Shown piece after piece: positions 49,931 to 63,373 of a stretch of DNA of 64,000 nucleotides. Source of the DNA: Lama glama (taxonomy: Eukaryota); contig CM052817.1 of the NCBI GenBank assembly GCA_028534125.1, positions 6,202,001-6,266,000 of the forward strand. The letters run 5' to 3'. The stretch's first letter is position 1; the number at the start of each line of letters is the position of its first letter. Position numbers and translations under genes: made by a program. The notes under the pieces were generated by a model. The model searched no databases. It saw only the letters and a program-made list of their open reading frames with translations, and was not told the DNA's origin.

Positions 49931-50524
49931 GTAGACAGTACGCTATAGCAATATCTAGAAACTCCTAGAGAAGCCCAGGAGTATTCTCAGCCATGATAAA
50001 TGGTAATGTAACCATTGTAATTACTTTTACACAGCTCTTTAGGAAGCCAATTGAAGCACAGTGTTTTTGAAGGATAGCAGTATTATCAGTGTATTTTAGG
50101 TATTAATAATTAAGAGTTAATTATCTATTATCTGATTTGTTGAATAAACTATTTGCAAATTACTTGGTGTTCACAAAGAATTTATCTAACTTTTTACCTT
50201 TGATATGAAAGAGAAAAAAAAGCTGAAAATATTCTGTGATTTTGCAGAGATTCAAAGTTTATGCTTGATCACCACATTTGGAATCTGTTTGAAGAATGCT
50301 TTGATTTAAAGTGCATACAGCATAAACGCTTTCGGAAGCAGAAATAGATTTCACTTTGTTACCCCTTTCACCAACAGAACCTAATCTGTTTGCAATGATT
50401 TAATCAGTATCAGTGAATTGTTTGCAGAAAATCTTTCATAAATCAAAAACTTCCAATATGCATTCACTTGTGACTTTTCTGCTTGCCCTCTGTCTAGATG
50501 GGTTAACCATTTGTAACTCTATTT

Positions 50525-50606
50525 GTGTGTGAGTGAATGTGTGTGTGTGTGAGAGAGAGATAAAGAGAGAGATTTTATATATATATACAATATTCAATAT
50601 ATATAT
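50525..50606. repeat. Compound (TG)(AG)(AT) simple repeat
   Basis: Seen directly. Confidence 0.85.
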
Positions 50607-51074
50607 GTTTATTTAGTATATATAATCACAACACCAGAACATACTCTTTTTAAGTCTGATGAAGACTAGCACTTTAGCTGACTTCATGTGTACCCTGGTG
50701 TTTAGAAAATACATTTTCTTTAAAATGTGGAGGTCTGAATTTTTGCTAGATGAGAGTTTATTAAAAGGCTTGCTATCTTTCCTTCTTTTTTCCCTTCTCT
50801 CCATTTTGTCCTTCCTTCCCTCTCTCGAGCTGTTTCAGTTAGGTTTCTTTGGTCTCATACAACATACAGCAAGTCAGATTAACTTAAGCACAAAAAAAAA
50901 GAAAGAAAGAAAGAAACTTTCTGTTGGATGGATTTGGGGTAACTCTCTGAATGGAAAAAGAAAGGAGAGGTGAACCCCAAGACTCTTCATATTCCATCAA
51001 CAGCTTGCTCATTTTTCCAGTCTCTGCCTAACACCCAATCCCAAAGCTATTTCTAAGTATTGATATCAAATCAT

Positions 51075-51142
51075 TATGTTTAAGTCTTAAATTTATACAA
51101 TATTATGTGTCAATTAAATCTCAATAAAATTGGGGGAAAAAA
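51075..51142 (+). mobile_element. L1 extreme 3' terminus
   Basis: cttaaatttatacaatattatgtgtcaattaaatctcaataaaattgggggaaaaaa. Confidence 0.7.
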
Positions 51143-51144
51143 GT

Positions 51145-51633
51145 TGGTCAGTGTGTAAGTAACCACTCCAAATCTCAGTAGCTGAAAACAAGAGACATTT
51201 GCTCGCTCCCATTTGCAGCCTGGGGACGTTGGCTGATCTGGGTCAGGCTTAGCTGTTGTAGAGGGAGCAGAGGTACTATCCATGCATCTGAGGTCAGCTG
51301 CTGGTTGGCTAGGGGCTGGCTCTCTGGATCTTGGCTGGTTCCTCACATACTTCTTGGTCCTTGCCAGGGAGAACGGGCAGGCTCTTCCTATGTGGTCTCT
51401 CATCCACAGGGGATGACTGGGGCTTGTTCAAATAAAGGTGGTGGAGATTTGAGAAAATGAGCAGAAACCTAGTCTCAGACCTGGCCTGATACCACCACCA
51501 CCACACCTACTGGCCAAAGTAAGTACCAAGGCCAGCCCAGATTCAAGGTGAAGTGAGGAGAAATAGATGTCACCCAAAGAAAAGTCACATTACAGAGGGG
51601 CATGTTGTGGACATTTTGGGAAACGATCTACAC
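51145..51633 (-). mobile_element. MaLR LTR (MLT1F/G/H-like)
   Basis: aaccactccaaatctcagtagctgaaaacaa...gctgatctgggtcaggcttagctg...tggccaaagtaagtaccaaggccagcccagattcaagg. Confidence 0.8.
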
Positions 51634-53669
51634 AGACAGGAACTACAGCCCCCAAAGGATCTAGGGAACAGAAGGGATGGACACATGATTTATGTCATCG
51701 CCCTAGGATGAATCAACGCAACTCATTGCCTTTTTTTGTCATCCCACTCAAAACAGCACTTACCATCCCTGGAATGGCATCTTGATTGGCAGCTTCATCC
51801 AAATTCACCTATATTGGGAAACTGAAGTCCTCCTGCAACAGGAGTGAGCAAGTGGTGCTCAGCAGATGCAAAAGACTATTTTGGACACGAGGACCTGAGT
51901 CTTCTGGAAACTGAAGTACACCGTTGGGTGACAGGGTGTTGTTGGGCTATTCCTGCTAGATCTTCTTGCACATGTTCCGTGGGGACTCTTCTTGGAGGAC
52001 TCTTGTTGATGATGATGACTTCATGAGTGTTTGCTAAGAGGTTGAGAAAGCATTTCCAACAGTCGTGTTAGTGAGGGACACTTCCTCCTCCACTTCTAAC
52101 ATGCCCATTCTGTGAAAGAAGCTCAGCGCAACTCTGGGCCTTTCTCTGCTCCTTTAGCTTATGAGTGAAGTGGTTTCCTGGCTGAGATATTTGGAAGGAA
52201 AAACCAAGGATGCTCAGCTCAGCTAAGTGGTCTAAGTCACAAGGGTTACAGGCAGGGAGGGCTGCCCAAGTCCAGCACTGCTGGAGTCTGAGTGGGTGGG
52301 ATTCCTTAGATCCAAGTCAGTGTTATTGTCATCAAGCCCACTTGATTAATCTACTGAAGGATGTGTTTTCCACCTTGTTCTCCATCTGTAATAAATACCA
52401 TGTTTGGCTTCCTTATTTGTCTTTCGCTTTATTTCCCTCCTTGTTCGAAATCCAGGCAGTAAAGGGGGATTATATTTTTGTGGATCCCGTTGGCAACCCC
52501 AGTAGAGAGAAGTAACGTGAGCCCAAGACCCGTCATGTAAAATAGTTCATAGTATTTTGGGAACTCTGTGGTTCACGTACCTGGACTAAAGGTAGGGGGT
52601 GGAACAAGCTAGAAAGGCGTGCGAGAATCAGATAATGAAAGACTGTGAGCCGTACTGAACAGTGTGGGTTTTATATAGAGGGCCCCTGTAGGTTGCTGAT
52701 GGATGCAGGGGATGGAATTGAAAATACTTTTTTTTCAAATCCACTCAGGCACCATGGTTGAGAATGTTCAGTCAGGGCCTCAGCCACAATGCAGTGGAGC
52801 CAAGTCATAAGCACCACCTTATAGATTTAAATATGTGTGTTCCACAGGACGCAAAGCAGCAAAGAAACAAAGCAATCAAGGAAAAGAGAAAAGGGTGAAA
52901 GAGAGGCAGAGAGAGAGAGAATTTTCAAATAGTGTAAGTGATTTCACTGCCCCTTCTTACCAATTAATTTATTGGGCTTCTTCTGGCTCCTGAGTAATAG
53001 AGACTGCAAATAATGGTGTGTTCCCAACATCGAATTCAGTCCAAAATCACTGATATCTGGATCTAAAAAGGCTCAGAGATGATCCCATCCAGTGGGATTT
53101 GCCCACAGTCCCATAGTTCACTTTTCAATGTCTTTTTCAGCTCCATAAACTAGCTGTGCACCCTGTGTTCAATGTTCCATATCTATATGTCCTGCAAGCT
53201 GGACTCACAGGTGTTGTCATCCTCCATTCCACCCATTTCCTCTCTCCTCCAATTAAACCAGTTACCTTGTTACTTGTTTATTCTGCCTTAGGAGCATCGC
53301 CATGGCATTTCCATTGCAGTAAAGTACATTATCAGTCATGTCAGTTCTCTGTTCAAAAGTTGTCATTCAACAAGGATGTCAAGGTATTGAAATGTAAGGC
53401 TTCAAGAATGTCTTTTGCAGCCATATTACATACTTCCTGTCACTGAACACGTCCTAAATGCCCAAACTTGGATGAGGTGCTCGGAAGATGCCGGATGGGG
53501 GAGCTTAGGCTCCAGCAAACCCCAGACTTGCTCTAAACCACTCCCAGTTCTTGCCTCTACTTAGTCTGTTCCTTCCACTGCTCTTGCCCTCTGTCTGCTA
53601 AATCCTGTAGCTTCATTCAGCCACCAGTAATTCCTTGTAGTTAAACTTTCCGTAATCTTCCACTCAGAA

Positions 53670-53860
53670 CTGGGGTTGGCAAACTGTGGCCTGCAGGGAG
53701 CCCCCTACGTTTGTGAATTTATTGCAGCACAGTCACACCCACTTATTTTCATGTGGCCTAGGGCTGCTTCCAAGCTGCAACAGTAAAACTGAGCAGTCGT
53801 GAGGCAGGCCCTACAGCCCACAAACCTGAAAATATTTACAGGAAAAGTGTGCTGACCCTT
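53670..53860. mobile_element. MER58A-like (hAT-Charlie MITE)
   Basis: TIR-like ends ggggttggcaaact / agtgtgctgaccct; internal cacagtcacacccacttatt, gcccacaaacctgaaaatattta. Confidence 0.85.
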
Positions 53861-54749
53861 AATGGAGAAGGTTAACCACATAGCACTTGGCTTTTACTGC
53901 CCTTAATAATAAATAAAACTATTAGCCATAGTCGCCACTGATGGAGTGATTGATTAAGAATTTAGGTAACAGTTGAGTCCTTTTTTTTTTTTAACATTAT
54001 CACAGTCGATGTTTATGACGTGTCGGAGGACTAAGAATAATTCTTCACATCATATGGAGAAGTAGACAGAGGCTGGAGAGGTAAAGGGATTTGACCAACA
54101 CAGTACATGCTAAGTAGGAGAAGAGGAATCTGAATGCAGTATTTTTCTGATGTTGAAATCTGTGCTTTTGACTTGCTCTGCAGCTGAGTGTGTGTCTCTT
54201 CTTTCCTGGGCTGAATTTTAATTTCCTCCTTGCACAGTGTTTAACAGAGTGTGTTGCATGGGGTATGCTGTCAGCCTGCTCAGTTACTAAATAAACGTGA
54301 GGCTGCATTTATGCACGTGGAAGAAAGAATGTAGCTAGGGAACATTTAAACATCAGCTGTTTCTTGGTACTCAGTGTGGTCAAGAGGTATAGAGTGTCTT
54401 TGGTGTTGTCTTATTAGAATCTAAGCATCTTGTAGACACAGATACATGTCTCCATTGCAGCAACCAAGACGGAGGCTGTATCTGGGCTTGGGGAATGCTT
54501 GTGAACTAGAAACCAGGAGACCAAGTCTACTAGTCATGTCTCAGCTGCATGTTAAGTATTACCTTGAGCAAATCATTCATCTTTCTGAGCCTATTTGCTA
54601 ATCATTTATCAAGAGAATTTGATTTGTTGATTTTCAAGGTTGTATTACAAAGCCTATTTAAATCTAAGAATCTATGACTATAACGGTAACACCACTTTTG
54701 GTGTATTTATCATAGAACCACGAAGTCTAAGGCAGAATGGGCGAAAGTA

Positions 54750-54990
54750 AGAGAGCTAACTTTTATAAAGTGCCTACTGTATGCACAGGTCTGCATATAT
54801 TTCATGCATCTTGTCAGTGAATCCTCAGAGCAGTCCTGGGAGGAGGCTGCCATAATTATTATGATAATTTAAACAGAGGTTCAGAGGGATTAACAAAATT
54901 TTCTAGGATCAAGCACAAAATAAGAGTCTCAGCTGGAATTGAACCCAGGTCAGATTCATGATGAATAATATATTATTCTTACTATATCAA
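54750..54990 (-). mobile_element. MIR SINE
   Basis: agctaacttttataaagtgcctactgtatgc...aaacagaggttcagagggattaa...agctggaattgaacccaggtc. Confidence 0.75.
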
Positions 54991-57429
54991 GGTTTGCTAC
55001 ATGATGCCATTCTACACTGGACACTCACTGAAGTCTGTGATTCATTTCCTTACTCAGTTCAGAGCAATTGATAGGAAAGTACAGGGAAAAGTTAAAAGTA
55101 CAAAGTGAAACTTTATTTTTCAGATCTTCTGAGTCACAAGTTGCCTGCTACTAAAGTCTGTTGTGTTACATGATAAATCTTATCAATTCTCTTAAACACA
55201 GTACGTTTTTTTAAATCGTCACTATGGCATCTGAATGTGGAGCTTTGTGGTTCTGAGGACAGGCCATTAAAGCCTCTGCTTATTTCCTCTAAACAAATCT
55301 CAGACTTTTCCAAAACAGTTTCATATTTTTCAGAGCTTATCATGTGAACCCCAAGTTGGGGCAAAAGCTAAAAACTTAGCATTTATTTCATGTTCCTGAA
55401 AATAAGACACTATTTTCATACCATCAAGTTCTCTGCTGATACAGATAGCTGTTACATCTTCCCTTCAACTTTGGTTTGAAAACACAGATACCAGCAAGAA
55501 GTAATGATAATATCTTACTTGGAAATACCTCATAATTTTCATTCTTTAATATCCCTATAATGAATCCTCCTTCCCTGGCTTATAAAGTAGGAATATACTG
55601 ATCCATATTATAATAGACGAGGAATAGAGGCTCAGAAGACTTGAAAAGTTTGCCAACTTTAACTAACTTTTGCCAACTTTATTATGGTTAGACACACTTC
55701 CACATATTTTACGTATATCAACTCATTATATCTTCACGAGGCATAGAACCAGACTAGATCCAGGCCCTTCAAACCACACTCCATCATTTTCCTTCACACA
55801 TCACCACCTTTCACTGGGTGACAGATACTGGCCTATCACTTTCCCATTTTGCTTATTTTGTGGGTCACTTTTCCCCCATCATCAAACACAAAATATCAAG
55901 AGAACTATTTGACCGATAATTGCATGGTGCTTCATAGCTTATAAATCAATTTTGGAAGAAATGTTTCATGTTACCCTTTTCCTTACAATGGCCCTGGGAA
56001 ACGATTATCGTTACATTCAAGATTGACAGATTAGAACAAACAAAAGGACCTAAAGGCTTGGGGAAGTGCCAGCGCAAAGTTTCTACACCCTCAGTACTGG
56101 TCCATATGTTTTCCTGTCTTCTTCTTGCTCTCTCTCTGCCACCTTCTCTGAATAACTGATAATTCATCCTGACAGTATTCTCACTGGTTTTCAGAAGCTG
56201 ATTAGGCAAAAAAGAGGACAGCAGCCAAATCAAATAGAGTGAATGCTAACCTACTGCTTCTTGTAAACTTCCTCCACCGTGTGTTATATCATCAGGCAAC
56301 ACAGGTTTCTGCGAAATTAGGGAGATGAGATTTTATGATGATGAAGACGTCTCTCTGGAGAATCTCATTTCACTGCTGTGCACTGAAAGCCTTTTTGGAC
56401 AGTTCCAGTTGTAAGGAATGTTCCACTACTAACTGCTTGCCCGTGACCCACCTCCAGTAATCTCCACCCGCAGCATCTGTCCAATTTGTCTTTTCTTTTT
56501 CACATTATGATTTTACCTTTACATTGAGCATGCTTTAAAGCAAAACCCAGGTGCTGCTGTCCTACTGGGGGACTATTTATAACAAGCATGGAAGTTGAAA
56601 TGCAGAAAATATGTCACCCTCCAATGTTTTTCTAAACAGGCTCCCGTCTTGTGCCCCATTAACAGGGGAGGGATAGAGCTAAGAGTTGAATTTTATGCTC
56701 CTGGTAACTGTGAACATTTGGTAGGCAATGTGCATGCATTCATGAGCCGCAGTAGAATAATTCATCCCTTTTTAAATATTCACGTAACCTCTTTAAGTTC
56801 CCAGAGAGCCCTTCCTGTGCAGCTCCCCATCGAGTGTGAGGGCTAGTTCTCCGGTATCATATTCGCCTGTCTTTATGTCCACCGTAACTTGTGAGTTGCC
56901 TGTCATGGGGTACATTCTCAGAGCTTTTCTCAGTAATCCTTCCTAAGGCTAACGTGAATTACCTTCTGAAAAATTTAAGAAATACTGCAGTCTTAACCGG
57001 TTCCTTAAAACTCTGACCCTGCTTTTAAACTCATATAAATCTTTATTTCTAAACTCACTGATTTGCATTTCAAAATGTATTGTGACAGCACAATTACTTT
57101 TATACTAAACCATATTTTAGAGACCAGGTACCTACAGGTAGGCTACATGAGTTTAGGGGCAATGTCTTATTCATCTCAAATTCCCCAGAAACTTAACTCA
57201 ACTAAACCCCATCTAGTAATGTATAAGATCTAATTAGTTAGCTTGCATAGTATCAATTTTTGGACCAGTCTCTAAATACCAATTTGATCTTAGAAAAATA
57301 CCTTAACCTCTTAGAGTCTCAGTTTCCTCATCTGTCAAAAAGAAAGCTAACAGTGGCACTGAACGTATATACATTTTGGTGTCAGATTCAATAAAATTAA
57401 AGGAGTTAATTTATGTTACGAGCAGAGCA

Positions 57430-58658
57430 AAACATTATCTGACATTAATGTTAGCAACATTCTCTTAGAGCAGCCTACCCAGGCAATAGAAATAAAAGCA
57501 AAAATAAATAAATAATACCCACTTAAACTTATGCGTTTTTGCACAGCAAAGGAAACCACAAGCAAAACAAAAAGACAACCCTCAGAATGGGAGAAAATAT
57601 TTGCAAAAGATGAGACTGATAAGGGCTTAATTTCAAAATATATATATGAACAGCTTACACAACTTAATAATAATGAACAAACAACCTAATCCTAAAATGG
57701 GCAGAGGACCTAAAGAAGTAATTCTCCTGTGAAGACATACAAATGGCCAATATGCACATGAAAAAATACTCAATATTGATAATTTTCAGAGAAATGCAAA
57801 TCAAAATTACAATGAAGTATCACCTCACGCCAGTCAGAATGGCCATCATTCAAAAGTCCACAAACAATAAATGCTGGAGAGGATATGGAGGAAAGGGAAC
57901 CCTCCTATACTGTGGGTTGGAATGCAGTTTGGTGTAGCCATTGTGGAAAACAACATAGGGACTTCTCAAGACTGTAGATAGACTTACCTAATGATCCGGC
58001 AATCCCATTCCCTGGCATATATCCAGAGGAAACCTTAATTCAAAAAGATACACGTACCCCAGTGTTCATAGCAGCACTATTTACAATAGCCAAGACATGG
58101 AAACAACCTAAATGTCCATCGACAGATGACTGGATAAAGAAATTGTGGTGTATTTATACAATGGAATACTGCTAAGCCATAAAAAATAATAAAATCATGC
58201 CATTTGCAGCAATATGAATGGACCTGGAGGTTGTCATTCTAAGTGAAGTAAGCCAGAAAGAGAAAAAAATACCATATGATATCACTTTTACGTGGAATCT
58301 AAAAAAAAAAAAAAAGACAAACAAACTTATTTACAAAATAGAGAGACTCACAGACATAGATACAAACTTATGGTTACCAGGGAGGGAAGGAGATAAGAAG
58401 GAATAAATTGAGATTTCGAGATTTACAGGTACTAACTAAAATATGTAAAATAAATAAACAAGTTCATACCCTAGAGCACAGGGAACTATATTCAATATCT
58501 TATAGTAACTTATGGTGAAAAAGAATATGAAAACAAATATATGTATATTCAACTATGACTGAAGCATTATGCTGTATACCAGAAATTGACACAACATTAT
58601 AAACTGACTATACTTTAATTTTAAAAAATATAAATATAAATAAATAAATAAATATATA
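57430..58658 (+). mobile_element. 5'-truncated L1 (ORF2 3' part + 3' UTR + tail) inserted in a MIR
   Basis: [32 protein letters not shown] (ORF 57743-57937); (TAAA)n tail; TSD agcagagca at 57421-57429 and 58659-58667; MIR halves on both sides. Confidence 0.95.
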
Positions 58659-59019
58659 AGCAGAGCACAGTGCCTGACATATAGCAACAGCATAAAAGTG
58701 GCAATTGTTATTGTTAGAGAAAGGATTTATTTAAGATCTGCTGAATTAATCTCGAATACAGGAGGAAAATATACAACCCTATGAAGTGCAGAATTTTCTG
58801 TTACTATTAAATTTCAAAGAAGACACAGAGATGTAGTGGAAAGAATACATGTATTTGTGATCAGACGTCCTGGGCTGGAGTCTGTGCTCCATGACTTATT
58901 AGTGGGCAAGTTTCCCATCCGTCTGAGGTTTGTGGACCTTTGTTAGTAACAATGGAGAATGTTAATAACTACTGCATGAGTTTGTCGTGAGGATTGTATC
59001 CATGGAAACATTCTCCAGG

Positions 59020-59240
59020 GCAAGGGTTTTCAAATTTTTAATCTCAAAACTTTTTTCCAAAGGATTTTTCTTCACAAAGAAACCCAAAGAATAAGCAAAG
59101 AAAACACATTACAATAGAGCTAAATTAGTGGACGTGACAAGGGGTGGATGAGAGTCCATTGCACTGAGCCCACCCACCTCCCACCCTCCACCTCACTCTA
59201 CGCCTTTCCCAGCTACGTCACAATTAGGAAATCATTTCTC
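59020..59240. mobile_element. Degenerate hAT-Charlie-type MITE
   Basis: caagggttttcaaatttt ... cacaattaggaaatcatt TIR-like ends; family unresolved. Confidence 0.4.
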
Positions 59241-59982
59241 TAGGGTAAGTAAATCCTGAACCAATGAAAGAATTATCATGCCACAAAGAATGAGTGGGTG
59301 GGTACATTTTTTCCTCTGTCTCTCCTTTTGTGGTTCAAATATTTCAATAGTACATCATATTCCTGGATTTGGGAAGAAGATCCCAGTGACCCTAACCAGG
59401 GGGATCTGGGGAAGGCCAAGACTTTGTAGAACTCCAGAGTAACTAAATTTTGCATCAGAAATCACTATTCAGGCTGTAGATGGTAGTGAAGGAAATATGG
59501 AAAATTGGTGTCTGGGTAGTCACTGAACTGAGAACATTCCATAGAATTAGGGCTTTGGTGGTAGACACCTGGTTTCATGGAATTAGTCTCTCTGTTTGTT
59601 GAGTTCTATTTGATTGATATTTTACTGAAGGTCAGTGTATTGATGAATGATACATTTGATAGAGAAGGAGGGAACAATAGAATCAGAGGATTTAAAATTG
59701 GAAGGGGCTTTCAAGATCGATATATTCCAAATTCCTCTTTTTACAGATACAGACTTTAAGACCAACAGATTGTGGCTTTCCCAAGACTATCCAATGTGAT
59801 CAAGTTACTTGGATCATCCTGAGGATAGGTTGGGGACACTGGTCAGAAAAACTCAGTCATTATTAAGATCAGAGGTGATCTCTGGGTGACTATCGCATCT
59901 TTAGCATGGGTTAAAGAGAGGAGAAAACATGCACATATTTATTTTTGAAGAAGATTTGATAAGAGAAATGATAGATAAATCT

Positions 59983-59991
59983 TAGATAGAT

Positions 59992-60040
<49 letters not shown>
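59983..60040. repeat. (GATA)n microsatellite
   Basis: Seen directly; lies at the tail of a MIR. Confidence 0.95.
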
Positions 60041-60041
<1 letters not shown>

Positions 60042-60275
60042 CATCACTGAGAACTCGAACTTCCTGTATACCAGACACTGTTCTGCATGCTTTCTGTATG
60101 TTGTATTTAATATTCACAGTGATGCTATGGAATTATTCCATATTATTATCCTCATTTTATGAATGAGCTACTGAGAAGTTAATTACCTGGCATAAGGTCA
60201 CACAGCTAGTGTGGCAGAGTAGAATGGAATTCAGGTAGTCTGACTCCAGAGCCCTGATTCCTAATCATTCTGTTA
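60041..60275 (-). mobile_element. MIR SINE
   Basis: ccagacactgttct...ttattatcctcattttatgaatgag...aaggtcacacagctagtgtggcagag...gtctgactccagagccc. Confidence 0.85.
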
Positions 60276-61614
60276 TTTCTGCAGCAGAGAGAGGCCCTTA
60301 ACCATACAGAGGGGAGGAGAGAGGTTGGGAGAGATAGAACATTAGCCCTGGCCCCTGGGTGTGATGAGCCAGTTCCCAGGTGTCATCTCCAAGCCCTGTC
60401 CTCAGAGTCATCCCTACCGATGTGGCCACTGACCTGGAGCTTACTGCCTTATACACTGCCCATCTTCCTTCTGCACCACCCACCATGGCCTGCAGTATCT
60501 GAGTCCTTTGCATCACCACCTTTACCCCCAGTTCCACCTTCTCTTTCCCAGATGCTTGCTTTCCCCCAGGTTTACTCTTGCAGCTCATTCCTGCCTGCTG
60601 TTCAGTTGAGTCCAGCTGCTCTCCCCCTCATCTGCTTCAGTGGCTGGGCTGGAGAAGGCAGAAGCCAGGGGCCTGGCCTTTTCATCAAGTGCAGAGAGTT
60701 AGAAGTGACAGCTGGCTTTCCAAATAGGTTTGGTTGATGTTAGAATCCATCAGGGTGGCAACTAGGCCTCGGTGTTGTGTGCCTTGCTGGGAAGTGGCGT
60801 TCATCTGGGGAAGATTTTTCAAGTGTACCTGTAAAGAGCTGCCCTGATCAGGAAGGCTGCATCTTAGGGGGTCCCAGCAGCTTGACTGAGATGGAGCCTG
60901 ACAGAAGAATTTTTCCTTATAGCCTGAGGATGCTTCCTGCTCAGGGAACATTTGCTGAGAAGCATTCTCACCTGACAGTGTCAGTGAGGATGGGGGACAC
61001 ATTTCTGTGATGGACTGAACCTCACTGTGTAATCTCCCTGCATCTCTGCCTGGGCTTCTGGGCCTAGAGGTTTCCACTTTGTCCATAAAGAGACTTTCAG
61101 CCATGGCCTAACAAACAAGCAAGTAAAAAGAGTAACTAGACAATCTCTTTGCAGCAGTCCTTTCTTGGAGGGAGACCTGGGTGACACACTTTCATGGCTG
61201 CTATCATGACAGACCAAAAAAAAAAATGCCCAAGATGGCACCTGAACTTACTCTGTAATGATGTCACCAGTGTGCTTTTGGAGTCTGCGTGGTCCACTCT
61301 TGACTAAGATCCCATCTCTCTCTGAGACTCGTTCCTTCTTATGTTGGGGATGGGTGAGCGGGACACATTTTTATTACATGATATTTTCCCCTTGACCTAT
61401 GGTTCATAACGAGGAATGGAACCTCTAAATAATCACCCTAAACTATCCCTCTATTTGAAAATTTTGAAATAGAAACCTAAAACGATAGTTTAACACGCAT
61501 TTTTTGTGTCTGTTCAGAGTCACTGCAGCACCACGGTTAAGGCACAGAGTCTGGAGCAAGACTACCTGGGAGCAAACCCTGCTTCCGCCGCTGCTGGTCC
61601 CCAGGCTGCTGTAA

Positions 61615-62544
61615 CTCATTTCACCTCTGAAATATCCAATTTACCATCAACAGAGAACACTGGGCAGTCCCCAGTCTGGTACTGCTCCAATCGACCGCTT
61701 GATGGCAAGTTGATTACATTGGTTCCTTGCCATTGTGAAAGGGCAGTGGTCACAGTCATGAGTACTGGAAACTTATCCCTGGTATGGGTTTGTGTTCCCT
61801 GCTCAGAGAACCTCAGCCAGTACCATTCTCAGTGGACTTTTGGCATTTCTGATCTAGAGTCATGGCATCCTAAACAATGTATCATCTGAATGGGGGACCC
61901 ACTTCATAGCCAAGGAGCCGTGGGTGTGGACCCATGACCAGGGACTCCACTGTCGTATCACACAAGGTACCATTCACACTCTGCAATCCAACCACACCTG
62001 GGAATGGCCTGCTGCAGGCTCAGCTGAGGCCAGCTCAGAGGAAGTACTCTGAGCATAGGGTGTCATCCTTCAGAATGCAGTATACATCCTGGCTCAGACA
62101 ACTCTCTATGGCCCTGTATCCCCAGTAGGAAAAACACCTAAATTGGGGAATCATGAGGTGTGGACAAGGTGGCCTCACTTACCATTGTTCTCAGTGACCC
62201 CCTGAGGGAATTTGCATTTCTTGTTTCTGCAACTCTGCACTTGGTTGGTTGAGAAGTTCTGCCTTAAAGGGGGTACATTCCTTCCAGAAGACATAGCAAG
62301 GGTCCTGTGTCCAGGATCCAGCAGGATAGAGTAGTCACCACTGAGATGAGGGTAATTGGCTCTGATCAGCCCTCAGCAGAGCGGAAGGGGGTGTGAGCAG
62401 ACCTCAGGTATCCATTTGGTCTCTCTCATGAGTCCCTTGCCCAGCTGTGACTGAGAATCCAGTAAGCCTGGTCAGAGAAGATGGCGGTTTCTAGGGTTCA
62501 GGCCACTGAGGAATTAGGGTCTCGATCACATTCCCAGGCAAGCC
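61615..62544 (+). mobile_element. ERVL-class internal region, decayed integrase and downstream sequence
   Basis: WQVDYIGSLP from 61703 and HGILNNVSSEWGTHFIAKE from 61861 match ERVL integrase motifs (WQVDYIGPLP, HGIPxxIASDQGTHF); frameshifts and stops are present. Confidence 0.85.
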
Positions 62545-62925
62545 ACTGCTGGTTAATCTTATGTGACAACTTGGTGAGATGTCTGCTCTCAGTTAATTAA
62601 TCAAACAGTAACCTGAGTGTTGCACTGAAGATACTTTGTAGATGTGGTTAAAAATCCACAATCACTTGGCTTAGTAAAGATGACCACCACAGACAATGTG
62701 GGTGGGCCTCATCCAATCGGTTGGAGGGCTTAAGAGCAGACTGACGTTTCTGTGAGAAAGAAGAAATTCTGTGTCAAGGCTGACACAGCAGCTCCTGCCT
62801 AAGTGTCCAGTCTGCTACCTGCCCTTCAGTTTCCAAACATTGCCCAGCCAGGCCCCATGGTTGCATAAGCCAATCATAATCATGTAAGACAATTCCTCCA
62901 AATAAATTTCTTTCTCTTACATACA
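62545..62925 (+). mobile_element. MLT2 (MLT2C/D-like) LTR
   Basis: tggttaatcttatgtgacaacttgg...aatgtgggtgggcctcatccaatcggttggagggcttaagag...aagaagaaattctg...aaaataaatttct. Confidence 0.88.
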
Positions 62926-62972
62926 GATGGGTAGATAGGTGATGGATGGATGGACAGACAGATAGATGGATA
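62926..62972. repeat. (TGGA/TAGA)n simple repeat
   Basis: Seen directly. Confidence 0.85.
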
Positions 62973-63332
62973 GCACTCTTAAAGCCATCTCAGCATCTGC
63001 CTTCAGACAGGACTCCTTCTACCCTTTTAGTACATTTCCCTTTCCATGCAAGTTAGTCAAGCTACTACCTATTATCTGCAAGGCGAAGGGTTTTCTTGCA
63101 TGGTTAGGAGACCCCCTCTGCCTTTGTTACGTTTCTTGGATCCTCTGACATTCCCTTGTTTATCACTTGCTTAAATTTGACATGGCCTTGACCCAATCTT
63201 GCAATTAGTGCCTATTATCTTACATGTATTATTAATCATTTATGTCTGATTTTCTGTAACAAAACCCTAAGCTCTGAAATGAATCTAGATATAGCTGTCA
63301 CTTTTTCCTACATTTCTTAAAGCCTGGAGCAC

Positions 63333-63373
63333 TACATGCACGCATGTGTGCATGCGTGCGTGCGTGTGTATGT
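63333..63373. repeat. Alternating purine-pyrimidine tract
   Basis: tacatgcacgcatgtgtgcatgcgtgcgtgcgtgtgtatgt. Confidence 0.9.

Noticed and set aside
55649..55681. 13-bp direct repeat tttgccaacttta
   Set aside because: Small local duplication within a decayed MIR.
56322..56371. pre-miRNA-like hairpin
   Set aside because: Only ~50 nt, bulged, no lower stem, and no known miRNA recognised.
60685..61104. 139-aa minus-strand ORF
   Set aside because: No domain similarity or exon context; within chance expectation for a locally GC-richer stretch.
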